Shown: in pieces, positions 1 to 13,451 of the stretch
Layout: each line of letters opens with the position of its first letter
Position numbering within the stretch: position 1 is the stretch's first letter
Source of the DNA: Pristiophorus japonicus
Taxonomy: Eukaryota
Length of the DNA stretch: 64,000 nt
Assembly: GCF_044704955.1 (NCBI RefSeq)
Contig: NC_091984.1
Location: 177,878,001 to 177,942,000, forward strand
Direction of reading: 5' to 3'
Made by a program: the position numbers and the translations under genes
Notes under the pieces: generated by a model
Seen by the model: only the letters and a program-made list of their open reading frames with translations
Told to the model about the DNA's origin: nothing
Database searches by the model: none

Positions 1-1202
1 TTTGTATGATAACACTCCTGTGAAGCGTCTTGTGTCATTTTACCTCGTTAAATGCAAGTTGTTATTTTTGTTGGTAGAACAAAAGTAAAGTGCATTGATA
101 ATGAAAGAGATCATGGATTCTTAATTGACTATAAATTGAAGCTATCGCAACAATCCTCGGTGGCAGTGAGTAAAGTATATCTGACGTTGGGCTGCTTTAA
201 GAGTTGACTATTGAGCTGAAATTTTAAGTTATCCTGCCATTTTATTAATCGGTCGCACAACAGCACTTAAATACTGTGTACAGTTCTGCTTACCACAGAA
301 CTAAAATGATATTGCAGCTTTGAAAAAATAAAAGTGAGAGCAACCATTATGATTGATGCGATGGGGCAATGGAGTATGTGGAGCAGTTATATAAATTGGG
401 CATGTTCTCACTGGAAAGGATGCAAATGAGATAGATTTATTTCCGAAAATAGTATTTTGAGATATAGTATAGGAGCAATTTGAGACGTGGCATGTGGTAC
501 GTCTAGCTTGCTTGGGGGGAACAAATCTTTGGATATATAGTTTGCAAAGATCTCCACCATTGGGGATTTGCTCGCATCATGTCCCTGTCTGTTATTTACT
601 AATGGATATAGTCCGATTGCTCTAATTAGTCAACACTTCCGTTGTAATTGACGATGCGACTACCAGAATGGTAGAAGGTGAACTAGATGGAGCGTGTACG
701 TTATCATCCGGCAAACCCTATGTTCCTTAAAATAAATTAATAAATAAATTGTGATTAGAACATGTAATGGGAAAATATTCAAAAAGGAAAAAATAAAAAA
801 AAGGACGGAGCAACAAAAAAAAACAGATTCTAAAACGGAACGCAGTGGATCGCGATAACCAGCAGCGCATCTCTTCAATGTCTGATGCCAAAAAGAAAAA
901 AACATGATTAACGATGGAAACGTTGGGAACAAGAACACGAATGGACATGAAAGAAAGTGTGTGAAAAATTAGGAACTAATGTGAAATATAGAACGCAAAA
1001 GAAAAACCCAGAGAGACTAACGACTGTCACAGGGAAAAGAGAAGGATCGACAGATTAAAAATCAAAAAACGGAGAGCAGAAGATTGCATTTTCAAAGGAC
1101 ACGCTGTAATTGTGGAAAGGAAAGCACACGGTCCAAAAAAAATTGAAGAAACGGATCTCAGGAAGTGCAAACAGTGGATGGTATGTTACGTTATATCCTG
1201 TT

Positions 1203-2520
1203 TCAACAACAACAGTAAATTGTATTTATATAGCACGGTTACCGCATTAAAACGTACCAGGGCGCTTCACAGGAGCATTATCAATTAAAAGTTTGACACC
1301 AAGTCACAGAAAGAGATATTAGGGCAGATGACAGAGGTAGGTTTCAAGGAGTGTCTTGAAGGAGAAGCCGGAGGTAGAGAGGCGGAGTGGTTGAAGGAGT
1401 GAATTCCAGAACTTAGAGCCTTGGTAGCTGGAGGCATTGCTGCCAGTGGTAAGCAATGGAAACTGGGGATGCACAAAAGGCCAGAATTTGAGAGATCTCG
1501 GAGTGCTGTAGAGCTGGACGAGGTTACAGAGATAAGGAGGGGAAAAAACATGCAAATGTTTGAGTGCACGGATAAGAACTTTCAACTCGAGCTTTTGCCA
1601 ATATAATTCAGCGACCACAGGGGTGAGGGATGAACATGACTTGGTACGAGATAGGATACGGCAGCAGAGTTTTGGACGAGTCCAAGTTTATGGAGAGTGC
1701 AGGATGGGTGGCCGGCCAAGAAAACATTGAAATAGTCAAGACTAAAGTTAAAATGGACGAGAATGAGGGTTCCAGCAGGAGATGAGCTGAAACAGGGGCG
1801 GAGATGGGCAATCATGACATATCTCCAGACAGGTTGAGAAAGATAAGGAGGACAAGTTTACCACAGTCATAGTCACATAGGATGTCATTTGTGACTTTGA
1901 TTATGGCCGTTTCAGGCAGGATTGTTAAACTGATTGTAAGGATACAAACAGGAAGTTGTAGGAATAATTGGCACGGATTTGGGATTCAAAGATTCTGTAG
2001 AGGAAAGGGAGTTTGGAGATGGGGCGTCAGTTTGCAAGAACACAGGGGTCAACTTTTTTGATGAGAGGGCTGATGTCGGCAGAATTAATTTGGAGGGGCA
2101 CACTACCTCAAGAGAGGAATCTGTGAACAGTGTCAGCCAGCAAGCGAAGTTGTGCGATCAACAGTTTGGTGGAAATAAGGTTTAGAAGCAGGAGGTGAGT
2201 CTTGTGTACAATATGAGCTCGGAGAGGGCATATGGGGAGATAAGCGAGAAACTCCAGAACAATGCGAGTTCCGGGCTAGGGTGCGAGGGGAGGGGGGACT
2301 AGGGACGCTGGCTTTGGGGATTAGGGGAATGAAGGGACGGGGGCCGGGACGTTAGCGGAAGATTGGCTTTGGGGGAAGGGGAAGGAAGGGAAGTAGCATT
2401 GACAGCTGAAAAAATTGTCTCAATCTTAATGACAAATAAGTTCATGTGCACTTCGCAATTGTTGCTGGAGGTGAGAGTGGAGGAGGCAGGGGAGAGTTTT
2501 ACGAAGTCACTTGGTAGTGG
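1203..2520 (-). mobile_element. L2-clade LINE fragment (3' end)
   Basis: Starts with the reverse-complemented tail aacaacaac...tttatatagc and gcgcttcacagga; ORF remnant LDYFNVFLAG..LHKLGLVQNSAA. Confidence 0.8.
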
Positions 2521-2529
2521 AGATGAGAT

Positions 2530-2757
2530 GGTGGGGGTAGTAAAATAAGCGTCAGAGCTGAGTGACATGATTCTATTATGGACATTTGAGAATTTGAATT
2601 CTGTTTTCAAAATCTGTAAATTAAAAAGTAGTAAATGTGAACATGAAACTATTGGATTGGTGTAAAAAAAAAACAAATTGTTCACTAATATCTTTTGACG
2701 AAGGAAACGTGCGGTCCTTGCCGGTTCTGGCCTATATGTGACTCTAGTCCCACATGG
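2530..2757 (+). mobile_element. SINE fragment, MetaSINE-like core (paralogue at ~23880-24120)
   Basis: catgaaactattggattg..gttcactaat..aaggaaac..ccttgccggttctggcctatatgtgactc resembles a conserved SINE core known from fishes; family assignment is from memory. Confidence 0.5.
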
Positions 2758-3382
2758 TAAGACTTTTCTTTTCTTATTGGGCTTGAAAGGTAAGAGACTG
2801 ACTCTAGAATGGGTAAACAGCTCAATATAATTTATTGACAATAAAACATAACAGATTTCCAGATAAAGATGTCACACAATGCTATGCCGAAAGGCCAGGA
2901 GAGAAGCAAGTGTGATCAAAACCTTCTTCTCGAAGATTGAAGTGTTTCAATATTTGTCGATGTCTTCTTATTTAAAAGCTGCTTGTAATCTCCTCAAAAT
3001 TACTATAAGCCGCTCTGTTTCCATCTATCCTTTGCCTTTCATTTGTTGCTGGGCAGAACAATTTGTTGCGTTTCTCTCGCTCCAGTAGAAAGCTGTCTTA
3101 TCTTTCAACTTGTTTATCTTTGATTGTCAGCAGAATGAGTCAGTGCCCTTGGCTACAGACAGTCCTTTTCAGCGCGGCTTGGGGCAATTACAAATGCTCC
3201 TGGTCTCTGATTTCGGTCAAGTTCCCATAATCATTTGATGTTTGGTTACAATTGCTCGATTCGAAATGAGTCTATCTGAAATTTTGTTTCGATTGTATTG
3301 GCTGCTTCTGAATTATCCTTCATTTGCTGTTCTTACATTTAACCAAGTCATGGGGAGTTAAACAGTGCAGGGAATTGCGACG

Positions 3383-6300
3383 GGCGCTATATTTGCAAAA
3401 TATTTTGCGCGCACCAACCTAACGACGGCCGGAACTATGCAGAAGGCAGATCATGATGTCAATCAGTGTGCAATGTTGATTTGATGCCTGTGCTGCCACT
3501 TTCGAGCTCTGCGCTGCAGCCTGCACCACCTATTAACTGTTGCAGCTGAACACGACATTTAATAGCATGTCGAAATCCTCACCAGCTTTACTTAAAGGCA
3601 TCATGAACTAATTACAGGTTCGTTGCTATATTCTTTCTTCTGGCTGTTGGTGCAATTCTACACGTTCCGGGAGCTTTCCATACTTGCTTAAGGTGTCAAT
3701 AATCTACAGGGAGTGGTCTGGCTGGCACTGAAATACTTTTTTGGTGACGTCTAGGCGTGTTGAAACCTGTTGCTTGCAGACATGGGTGGCCTAGTGACTG
3801 GGAGAATGAGGAGCGGTCAGACAGAGGAGAACAAGCAGCTCGAAAATGAAGGAGAAAGAAAAAGAGAACGGCTCTCAGCAGGAGGCTATATCTGCAGCGG
3901 ATGTTTAGTGAGCATTTCTCTTCCCTGAACTTCAGCGATCACCAAAGCATGAGTCATCTGCACTTCGCTAAAGAGGTCGTGACTGAAATCGGCAATTCTG
4001 CAGCCACATCTCTAACCTCAGACGAGGGCAAGGATTGCATTTGCCTGTGCCTGTCAAGTTGACTGTGGCTCTGTACTTTTATGCGTCTGAATCCTTCCAG
4101 GCTGTTGCTGGAGGTATAAGCAATATCGCGCAGTTTGCAGTACACTGCTACCATAATAGAGGTCACTCTGGCTCTCGACACAAAGAAAGACAAATTCGTG
4201 TAATTTCGTTTTTGTGAGCGATAAGCTGGCGGAGTGAACACGATGGTTTGCGTGGATTAGAGGCATGGTGCAGGGTTCCATTTACTGCATGTGCATTTAT
4301 GTGCGTGCGCTCATGTCAACTCAGCCATTTTGCGGAAAGGAAAGATATTCCACTCTATCATTGTTGAGCTTGTTTCCCGCTACAGGCAGCACATCATTCA
4401 AGTCAATGCCCGGTATCCTGGCAGTAATGCCGATGCATCATTCATTCTGCGTTAGTCCTCTGTGAGAGCCCGATTTGAACCACCACGGCAAATCAAAGAG
4501 GTTATTGACGACAGTGGTTATGCACACATAAGGTGGCTCAGGACACCGGTCCGGTACCCACGCACACTTGCACAGCAGGCCTAAAGTGAGAGCCATGCTG
4601 ACTCAAGGAGTGTTATAGAGCACACCATCGGCATCCACAAGCAATAATTCACTGGGGGAGCCCTGCAATACTCAGCTGTGCGGGTTCAATATTTGTGGTG
4701 GTATGCTGCAGGCTGCAAAATCTTGCCCTTATCAGGGAGCAGCCACTGCCATCACCAATCAGGCGAGAAGCTAAGGTGCCGGAACACAAGAAAGAGGAGG
4801 AGCAGGAAGTGGAGAGGGAGATGGTGAAGGAGCCGCAAGAGGAGAAATAGCAAGAGGAGGAAGAGGAAGTGAGACTGCAACGTAGACAGCCTCTCTTTGT
4901 ATGAGGTCTACGTGATCAAATAATTACTGAAGAATACCAGGAACCTCAAACACAGCTCTTCATTCACCAACAGACCCACAGCCTTTACCTTTCCTCTGTC
5001 ACTCTCCAGCACATTGTCCACTTTCCCAACAATGCATAAATAAAATATAATACAAAATACACATTCCTATACAAATGTATAAATTAAATCATGACATAAT
5101 GCATACAAAAATAAAATAATCATGCTTTTATAATCTCTTAGTGCCTCTTCCATGTACCTTTGCCACTCCTAGTGCTTCTACAAGTTGCTACCGCAACGAC
5201 GAGAGCGTGGCTCGTGGAAAGCCGCTTACATTCAGTTGAGAAGACTACTGATGGCATTGGTGGGCAACCTAGAGCAGCTCTCAGCGTGGAAGGGACGGCT
5301 TCAGACTGCATCATCTCGGTCTGGACTGCAGCAGTCTGGGCTCGCTGACTGACATTTCACAGCAATGACACTGGTGGAGTGGCAGGGGTGGGGGCACGAA
5401 TGTTGTCATCCTGGGAGAGAACAATTGGTTCGTACACCATGGAGCCATTGCGAAACTTCCAGGGTGGTGTCTCAGCAATCTCACTAACCTGTTAAAGAAA
5501 CGATTGCTGCAGTACAGTGATGCCCTGAAAACCATTTTGAACACTAGTATCCAATGCCACAACGGTAGCACTCTGAGGTTACTTGGCAGCAAGCAGAGAT
5601 TGCATGACAGCAGTTGAGCTTGCAAGGCAGAAAACTGAGATTGTGTAACATCAGTTTCATCTTCCACTGCAGCATTCATGCTCTTAGTGGAAGCAGCGTG
5701 TGCTGCAATGGAAGTTGAGAGCGAGACCATCAGAAGATGCATCATGGTTGGTTCCACAGATGTGCTAATGGTGGTGACAAAACCCGGTGCCAATTTGGTG
5801 CTGGACTTCTCCATGCTTCTTGTTATTGAGCGAATGATTTCCAGCAGGGTCCCCATGCACCAAGCATTCAGGTGTTTACACTCTTCAGCCTTCTTCTGTA
5901 GCCTGCCCCATCGAAGTCCACACATGACTCCTCTGCAGCAGAGCTAGTTTGTGATCTCGACTTCCAGCGACCTGGCACTTGCATTATCTTTTTCCTACAC
6001 ACTGGCTTCTGCACACTTGCATCCTGTGTCCCACCACATGATTATCCTGCGTCTATCCTATCCTCTGAAATAAATGCCGTGCCATTAACTGAGCTTGGAC
6101 TGTAAGATGGAGTGACAGTGTCTTTTCATCTTCACTTTCTTCTTCCTCTTTCTCCAGTGCCTGGGCAGGTTCCAGTTCTTGAGTATATGCAATGACAAAT
6201 CGACAGGGGTTGGGTTATAATGAGTGGAGAGGAGAAATTAAGAAGTGCATGTATATACCCTCAGCAGCTTCTCAGTCTTAAGTGATTGAGGGATGTGAGA

Positions 6301-6900
6301 GAAGATGAGAGAAGAAGGATTAGCTTTGCAGATGCCATCATCTTCAATTGCTTCAGCCCCGTCTGTTGACACGTCTCAGTGATGCCCCGTCCATGATGGC
6401 CATCGGTGTCTCCTCCATTGGGGTAAAACATGGAGCCATGCTAGTCTCCCTCCAGTTAATTTTTGCCCGCTTCCTCTTATGTGCCACCTTCTCCTGCAAA
6501 AACGAGGGAAGTGCAACAGCGAGTGTCGTGTAATATGTGTGTGTGACATGGCAGTAATAATTTAAAAGCTGTTAATGTTTGCGAGTTGTGTGATGTGGGT
6601 GTGATGGTTGCAATACTGCTAGGTGTGTGAGGGTCAGATAAAGCATAAAAATAATAGGGTTGAGTCCTGATTGATAGAGATTGTTGGCAATGGGGATGTA
6701 ATGGATGAGTAGTGGGTAAGGCTCGCCGTGCAGTTGGCAGAATGTGCCATTTAAAGATGAACCCACTGACCTTGACAACCCGAGGCAGATCATTAAATTT
6801 CCTGTGGCCAGGTTCTTGCAGCTATACTCCTATCATTGACCTCCGACTCCTGATCCTCTGGGAATACGGGACATCTGCACTCCTTTCCACCTCTTCCCCC
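3383..6900 (+). mobile_element. PIF/Harbinger DNA transposon (degenerate): HARBI1-like transposase on + (~3782-4930), Myb/SANT-like partner gene on - (~5150-6880)
   Basis: LPVPVKLTVALYFYASESFQ, VQGSIYC (IDCTH-like), ARYPGS, VIEHTIG motifs and an acidic tail. The - strand exon EVNDRSIAARTW..RKFNDL is typical of Harbinger Myb-like proteins. Confidence 0.85.
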
Positions 6901-6924
6901 ATCGCTATAATCAATTCTTCTAGT

Positions 6925-8343
6925 TTATATATCTAATCACAGATCTTTTCTGGCAGGTATGCTTCGCTAAATGTATCCCATAGGACCATCTTCTCCACTT
7001 CCTTACAGTAAACTGTGAGGTTGCATTTTTGGAGCCTCACCAACATTCTTTGAAATTGTTTAGCCCCGTTTTTAGTGCCACATTACAGATGCCAATTTAT
7101 ATTGGCGCTTTCAACGTTCACCATGTCCCAGCCATTGATCTAGGATTCAAATTTATTGGAGGTGAACACAATTACCAAAAGTTCTTTCTCGATCTGTGCA
7201 TATCTGGTCAATCTCTGCTGATAATGTTCTTGATGCATAGGCGATTGGTTGTCTATTCCAAATCTTTGCTCCTCCAAGTCCAGATTCAGATGTCTCACAT
7301 TGTAGGATGATTTCTTCCCTAGGATTTAAATAATGGAGTACTGATGTGTTAATGACCGCAACTTTGAATAGTTTTAATGGCAATTCTTGTGATTTTCCCC
7401 AGATCCATTCAGCATCAAAACTCTAAGCTGCTTCGTGATGTCTGTCAGATGCCGGAGAAACCTGTTCAGATATTGAACATGTCCAAGCAGTCTTTGTATC
7501 CATGCTACATTAGTTGTTGATGTCATTTTCAAAATTTGTTTAACTTTGGTTGGAGCAACATATAGTCCTCTTCGCGTATCAATATGCCCAATGATAGGTA
7601 CTTCTTGCCTACAAAGTTTCAGTTTGTCCATGCTTAACATAACACCACGTTTGTTGCATCAAAGAAAAAAGCTTCCAGGTGTTTGTTATGGTCTAGAATT
7701 GCGTCTACAAGCGTCTCTCCATAACCAAGTGTTACCAAATCACCTGCGATAAACGCTATCCCTTGCAGTCCTTCCACCAGCTCATGCATGTTGTAAAACT
7801 TAGGGCACTGAGCTGTTTCCAAATGGCGTATGCTTCCAACGATATCAAGCAAACGGTGTGCAATGTGATAGCAGTTCATCGAGACTCATATTGCAGACAT
7901 TCAGAATCATGATGATTTTAGCATTATGTTGGCGTGTAGCTTCATCTTCAAAAGACGACCGAGGATAATGCCCTAATTTGGTAGCCTTTGTGAAATAAGC
8001 AGATGCATAGTGCGTCATTCTTCTTTGGTACGACTACCATCCAACTGATCCATAAGAGTTGTTACAGGAATGATGATGTAATATCTGACCAGACCATCTA
8101 GGCTTTACTTCCGCTTATCCCTTAAAGCAATTGATGCTCGACCTGGGAGAAGTTGTACCGGTTCTACTGGCTTTTTCCGTACTCTCCATCAATTTGTCCG
8201 AAACCATCACTGAAGATTCGAGGATGTTTCTGTATTAATCATTCCCTGGCTCGTGGTTTGTAGTTGTCCAGCATGTATACTGATGCATCACTAAAGGGCG
8301 TTCTATTAATTTCATAATTACCTGTATGCTTAATGAAGTTCAT
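6925..8343 (-). mobile_element. Gypsy element B fragment (RT-RNase H), paralogous to 48700-50122
   Basis: ORF pieces QPIAYASRTL, IQRLLGHVQYLNRFL, LVEGLQGIAFIAGD; visibly colinear with 48.7-50.1 kb. Confidence 0.85.
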
Positions 8344-9152
8344 AGAAGCATAGAAACATAGAAAATAGGTGCAGGAGTAGTCCGTTCGGCCCTTCGAGCC
8401 TGCACCACCATTCAATATGATCATGGCTGGTCATGCAACTTCAGTACCCCATTCCTGCTTTCTCTCCAGATCCCTTGATCCCTTTAGCCATAAGGGCCAC
8501 ATCTAACTCTCTTTTGAATATATCTAACGAACTGCCCTCAACAACTTTCTATGGTAAAGAATTCCACAGATTCACAATTATCTGAGTGAAGAAGTTTCTC
8601 CTCATCTCGGTCCTAAATGTTTTACCCCTTATTCTTAGACTGTGACCCCTGGTCCTGGACTTCCCCAACATCGGGAACATTCTTCCTGCATCTAAACTGT
8701 CCAATCCTGTCAGAATTTTTCTATGTTACTATGTGTTCCCCTCTCATTTTTCTAAATTCCAGCGAATATAAACCTAGTCGATCCAGTCTTTCTTCATATG
8801 TCAGTCCTACCATGCCGGGAATCAGTCTGGTGAATCTTCACTGCATTCCCTCAATAGCAGGAATGTCTTTCCTCAGATTAGGAGGTCAAAACTGTAGACA
8901 ATATTCAAGGTGTAGCCTCACCAAGGCCCTGTACAACGGCAGTAAGATCTCCCTGCTCCTCCACTCAAAACATCTCGCTATGAAGACCAACATACCATTT
9001 GCCTTCTTCACCGCCTGCTGTACCTGCATGCCAACTTTCAATGACTGATGTACCATGACACCCAGGTCTCGTTGCACCTCCTCTTTTCTTAATCTGTCAC
9101 CATTCAGATAATATTCTGCCTTTCTGTTTTGGCACCAAAGTGGATAACCTCA
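8341..9152 (-). mobile_element. CR1 LINE 3' end
   Basis: (catagaaa)n tail; QRDLGV..KKANGMLVFIAR..LYRALVRLHLEYCLQF. Confidence 0.93.
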
Positions 9153-9360
9153 TGGATCCCTGGACTCCCGATGGGCCTTTTGTAGTCCTCACGAACTCCC
9201 GCCTCCTGCTGCGATGCTGACGCGGATCCGCGGACTCCCGCTGGGCCTTTTTTAGGTCTCACGAGCTCGCACCTCCTCCTGCAATGCTGCCGCTGATCCT
9301 CGGACTCCTGCTAGGCCTTTTGTAGGCCTCACAAACTCCCGCCTCCTGCTGCGATGCTTT
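9151..9360. repeat. Tandem repeat, 3 x 70 bp
   Basis: Units at 9151, 9221 and 9291 share gatcc..ggactcc.g.t.ggcctttt.tag..ctcac.a.ctc.c.cctcct.ctgc.atgct. Confidence 0.9.
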
Positions 9361-10142
9361 TTCGCCAATTAACTAATATTTTCGGCAATTATCTGATCTC
9401 CTTGCTGAAATGATGAATTTCAGCACTTCCATGGGCTCAGGACCGTAGTGCTGTTCCAACTTAGTTAGAATCTGCTTCCGTGGTGTGTCATTTGGCTTGA
9501 TGGGAACAAGCACATTTTTCAGGGTTTCATACACCTCGGGCCTGCTTCAATAAAAAAAAAAGCCCTCTACAACCACCCGGTTATAGTTTTCATCTTTGGG
9601 GACTTCGATGATACAATTTGTAGTAAAAAACATTTCTAGCCACTCCACATATGCTCCAAAAATCTCATGGGTCGTGTTGAAATGCACCCAAGCACGTTAT
9701 TGTTCCCATAGTTGCTGCCACCTGGACTCTGGCAGTTCAGACAAGTGTGCTTGTAATTTTCCTTGGATTCTTAGTTGTTTTGCAAACCAAGGATCTCTCT
9801 CGTCTCTCTATTGTTTGGCTGGATTCATCCACCAATACAAATTTCAGCTGGGGTATCCAGGAATCCCATCCTACGTTATCAATGTGGTATATTCCCTATG
9901 ACATCACAAACACACTGCACTTATAAGATGGCTTCAACTCCTTTGTTATTATATTAAACAGCATTAGTTGCATTGTCAGACTAATCCATTAAGTGGAGCA
10001 GTAGTCAACTAGGTGAAGCTATATATTACATAGTCCAATTCTACTTTTCTGATAGAATGCCATGAAAACATTCAAACCAGTCTATTACACTGTAAAGTTC
10101 TTAGCCCATTCAAATGAATAAGCGCCAGGGTATCATTAATAA

Positions 10143-11000
10143 TGGCCCAGATTTTGCAAGGACGATGATGGCATACACTGCACGTACATTGTCATAAGCC
10201 TTGTAAAAGACCTTTCTAATTCTAGGCTTCTGCATACACTGCACATGCGCGCAAGCTCAGAATTTGAGATGTGTCAAGTTTAGCCTTGACAGATCATAAC
10301 AACCGAAACAAAAATCCCTTTCGCTGGTGCAGATTTAGGCTATTTTCCTCACTACTGTCCAGAAAATGCCCACGTCACACTTAGACCTGTTTAAAGCAGG
10401 CATAGGGCATGCTTTCATTAAGATAAGGTTAATAGAAGTGTTAAATTAAAAATGCAAAATTAAAAAAATAATTCACAATCATTTAAAATTAATTTATGCA
10501 AGGTTTGGCTCGGATTAAAATGTTTAAAATGCTCTTCAAAAATAATTTTTTGGTGTATATGCTTCAGTAAAGGAACTTACAATTAAATTTAAAAATGAAA
10601 ACATTTATTATTATTCCAGTTGTGTAAATTATTTAACTATTTAAGGATTCCTCCTATGCTAATGGTGATTCCAAATTGACTCCCCATAAGCATGATGACG
10701 ATCCTCCTTTCTGATAGAAGGACCTGGCCCATATGATCCCTGGGACGCCTGCATCTGTGGGATACATGGGCCTTTGCACAGGCATATATCTGCAGCAAGA
10801 CCGAAGTCTCCAAAGCCCAAGAGCCAACAGATAGGTTCGGAATTCTTTCGGGTCGGAGTTGTACTGCCCCGACCACAAATTGCGGCGCAATGTAATCAAA
10901 ATGGTAATGTCTGTGATCGATGCTCAGATCTGGAGTGCCATTGGCCCTTTCTACAATCTTGCCTGTAGTTCTAACTTCTTGCAGAAAAAGTGCGGTTCCA
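10143..11000. mobile_element. Non-autonomous DNA transposon/MITE (related pieces at ~31220-31640 and ~55230-55880)
   Basis: Shared ctgcacatgcgc...gat.tgtcaag...ttga.agatc segment and AT-rich centre with 55230-55880. Confidence 0.5.
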
Positions 11001-11409
11001 TTTTAAGTATTACCTTTCGCTATTATCTCTGGGTGGTGTTAATGCTTATAAATAATGCTACATATTTCCAAGAGCAAATGGCCGCGACAAACAAAAAATC
11101 TGAACAATTTAAAATATTACAATTGGAACCCTTATTGTTTTGCTGATAATTAGTTGGAAGAAATTGCATATCTTTAACATGTTTTCATTCGAACAAGCTG
11201 AGCATCTACATCTGCCAACACCTCAGCCTGTACTGCAGAAAATAAAATCAAAAGATGGACTAAAAATAGGGACAGAATATATGACTATAAATGGCGAATA
11301 AATGACATCTTCGTCCCATTACACTCACCCGCTAACCCGACTTAAGCTGCAGACTACCATGATGAATTTTATTGGGATTCTCGCGATTCCAGACAAGGTA
11401 AAAGTAACC

Positions 11410-11745
11410 CCATCAGTGCAGTTTTGGATATCTCCCGCTGCAGTTATGCTGGCGAATCAGGAGAAACTCTGAGCAAATTTGGTCTTCACTCTCAATGTGA
11501 AATGCTACGGGAGATTGAATACCAATGTAATCAAAACCTTATATTAGCATGTATTTGTGGTCTACAAGACCTTTCTTACTGTTACCACAATTTAATCACA
11601 CTTTTGTGTCAAGGTGGTCCCGTTATAAATCCTAGGTCCACCTCTATGATGGAAAGTGCAAATGTAAAGTTGTAACTTTATAAATGCAGCCTCTGGCAGA
11701 GGTGCCACTATAATGTCTCCGTTTTGCACTAAGCAGCCACTCGGC
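11410..11745 (+). repeat. Duplication block C, copy 1 (non-TE-looking sequence ~1.5 kb upstream of the IgL leader; matches ~60585-60925)
   Basis: taatcaaaaccttatattagcatgtatttgtggtctacaagacctttcttactgttaccaca vs taatcaaaatcttatatcagcatgcaattgtggtctacaagacttttcttactgttatcaca. Confidence 0.88.
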
Positions 11746-11954
11746 CTGCATTGTAGGGAACGTGCTATGCACAGACCAATTCTAGTTTTATGATTCTCAA
11801 ATTGGTGGAAATGTTGCTATTTATATATAACTAATAATATAAAAACAACTTATTATATAAAAATAAAGTTAGACTGCATGACTTAAACATAAGGCTGTAA
11901 TACGTATACACTAATTCACTTACCCCCTTCTAAACATGAGGGCAGAACTTGACG

Positions 11955-12060
11955 AAAATAAATACAGACAATGCTGGAAACACTCGGCAGGTCAAGGAGC
12001 ATCTGTGGTGAGAGAAACCGAGTGAACGTTTCAATTTGATGATTCTTCATCAGAACTGCT
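11955..12060. mobile_element. Short repeat fragment resembling a Penelope-like element terminus
   Basis: aatgctggaaacactcggcaggtcaaggagcatctgtgg..gaaac.gagt.aacgtttc..cttcatcagaactg, a motif I recognise as a common chondrichthyan repeat. Confidence 0.5.
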
Positions 12061-13134
12061 GAGGTAGATCTTAACTTTATACGATGATAGATAATATAAA
12101 ATATGTCGCCCGTTTATACTATCCCACTAATCCAGATCTGCACGTATGTTTCATTTGGACTACGTTTGATTTACTGCCCATGCGCATCGCAAGGGAGACC
12201 AACCTGTACTGCTTATTAAAAATACATAAAGTACATAAAGTATAACATAATATATTCACGTAATACTAGATGCACGTAATATAATACCATATACGGATTT
12301 AAGATATACCGAAATTATAATATCAGACACCCGAAACAGCTTCAATGTTATGACACACTGTTGATAATTTTGACCTTAGACCATAGTGTAAAAACGCGCA
12401 ATATCAGCTTGGTCGCCGGTTAAACATCTCTACCTGTTCAGTTTCCATTGAAGTCAAATACAATAGCAACATGCGTATCATCATTCTAATTTCATGCGTT
12501 CTAAGTGTCCTTTTGACAAATGTTTGTTGCGCTTTTCAATAGCACAGAGATATCAGGCACGTCTGTCAAAACTCTGCAGAAGTTTTGCAGAAATAATTTA
12601 TAGTGAATTGTTTCGTCCGCCTGGTGCTTTCAATCAGAGAGCTTCAAAGCACCATTCACAATAGTAGCTCGTGTAATTTGTGAATTTTCAGATTCAAAAC
12701 AAAAATATAAGTGAAGTGATATGGGACAAATCATGTGCAGAACGGCATCTGCCGCCAGGTCACTTTCTCGGACCCAAAGTTTAGGTGCACGTTTTAGTTG
12801 GAACATTTCTCTTCATTCATCTTCGGCAACTAAAATGATCACCAATAATATGATTTCAACATGGAAAGTTTTTGTTATAAGCTCTGTTAGGCTGCACAGA
12901 AAATATGCAATATAAATGAAAAAGGCTACGGATAGTGTTAAAGTAGATATCAAAAACATATGGGTTCAATTATTTCTATGTCCCTGTTCGTTTAAGAATA
13001 AACCTAGGAAAAAAAATACATTTAAGTATTCAGAAACACAAAAGACGAATACCGTTCCGTATCTTATGGCAGTTTGAGATTATGTGACAAATAATAAGAG
13101 TCTGGCAGCTTCTAATTGGCGTCAAGGTGTAGAC

Positions 13135-13211
13135 TGATTTGCATAAATACTGAGCACCCCGCAAAACCTCTTCATACGGTTGATAAGTGAAATTGGCGAG
13201 GTAGTTTATAA
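13135..13211 (+). promoter_or_regulatory. Ig light-chain promoter: decamer/octamer TGATTTGCAT (13135-13144) and TATA-like TTTATAA (13205-13211)
   Basis: ATTTGCAT at 13137-13144 in the light-chain orientation, ~60 bp upstream of a TATA box and ~120 bp upstream of the leader ATG; the classic vertebrate IgL promoter layout. Confidence 0.9.
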
Positions 13212-13264
13212 CCCATTTCAACTGGAAACGGTCGCCGTGTCAGAGCTCCATTCAATTCTTTGCA

Positions 13265-13313
13265 ATGTCTTACTGGATCCGCGTCGTCAATGCGTTGGTG
13301 TTTTGCGTGGTTT
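13265..13313 (+). CDS. IGL: Ig light-chain leader (signal peptide) exon, MSYWIRVVNALVFCVV
   Basis: ATG at 13265, 16 codons with a hydrophobic core, one extra base, then GTGAGT donor at 13314 (phase 1). Joins in frame to the acceptor TTTTCAG ending at 13451. Confidence 0.92.
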
Positions 13314-13451
13314 GTGAGTATTTTGCTTTCAATGCCTGATTAGATTTCACCTTGAAAAGTGTGTACTGTGGAACATTTCACCCCAATTTTAATTACAAAA
13401 GTATTACTCTCACTGACCTTCCTCTTTTCTGACATTGATCTTTATTTTCAG

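Larger units (their letters stand above)
1..6900 (+). repeat. Segmental duplication block A, copy 1 (matches ~21350-29340)
   Basis: Continuous visible similarity, e.g. aaagtgcattgataatgaaagagatcatg (87) vs aaagtgcattgacaacgaaagagatcatg (21450), including shared L2, SINE and Harbinger insertions. Confidence 0.95.

Noticed and set aside
660-948. Phe-rich 'membrane protein' ORFs on the - strand (also 22025-22543)
   Set aside because: Antisense shadows of A-rich sequence; the reading frame is not preserved between the two paralogous copies.
3782-4930. Host HARBI1 gene
   Set aside because: Many stops and frameshifts, duplicated, and paired with a Myb-like ORF as in Harbinger transposons.
9151-9360. 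CRISPR-like array
   Set aside because: Units are contiguous tandem copies with no unique spacers, in vertebrate DNA with no cas genes.
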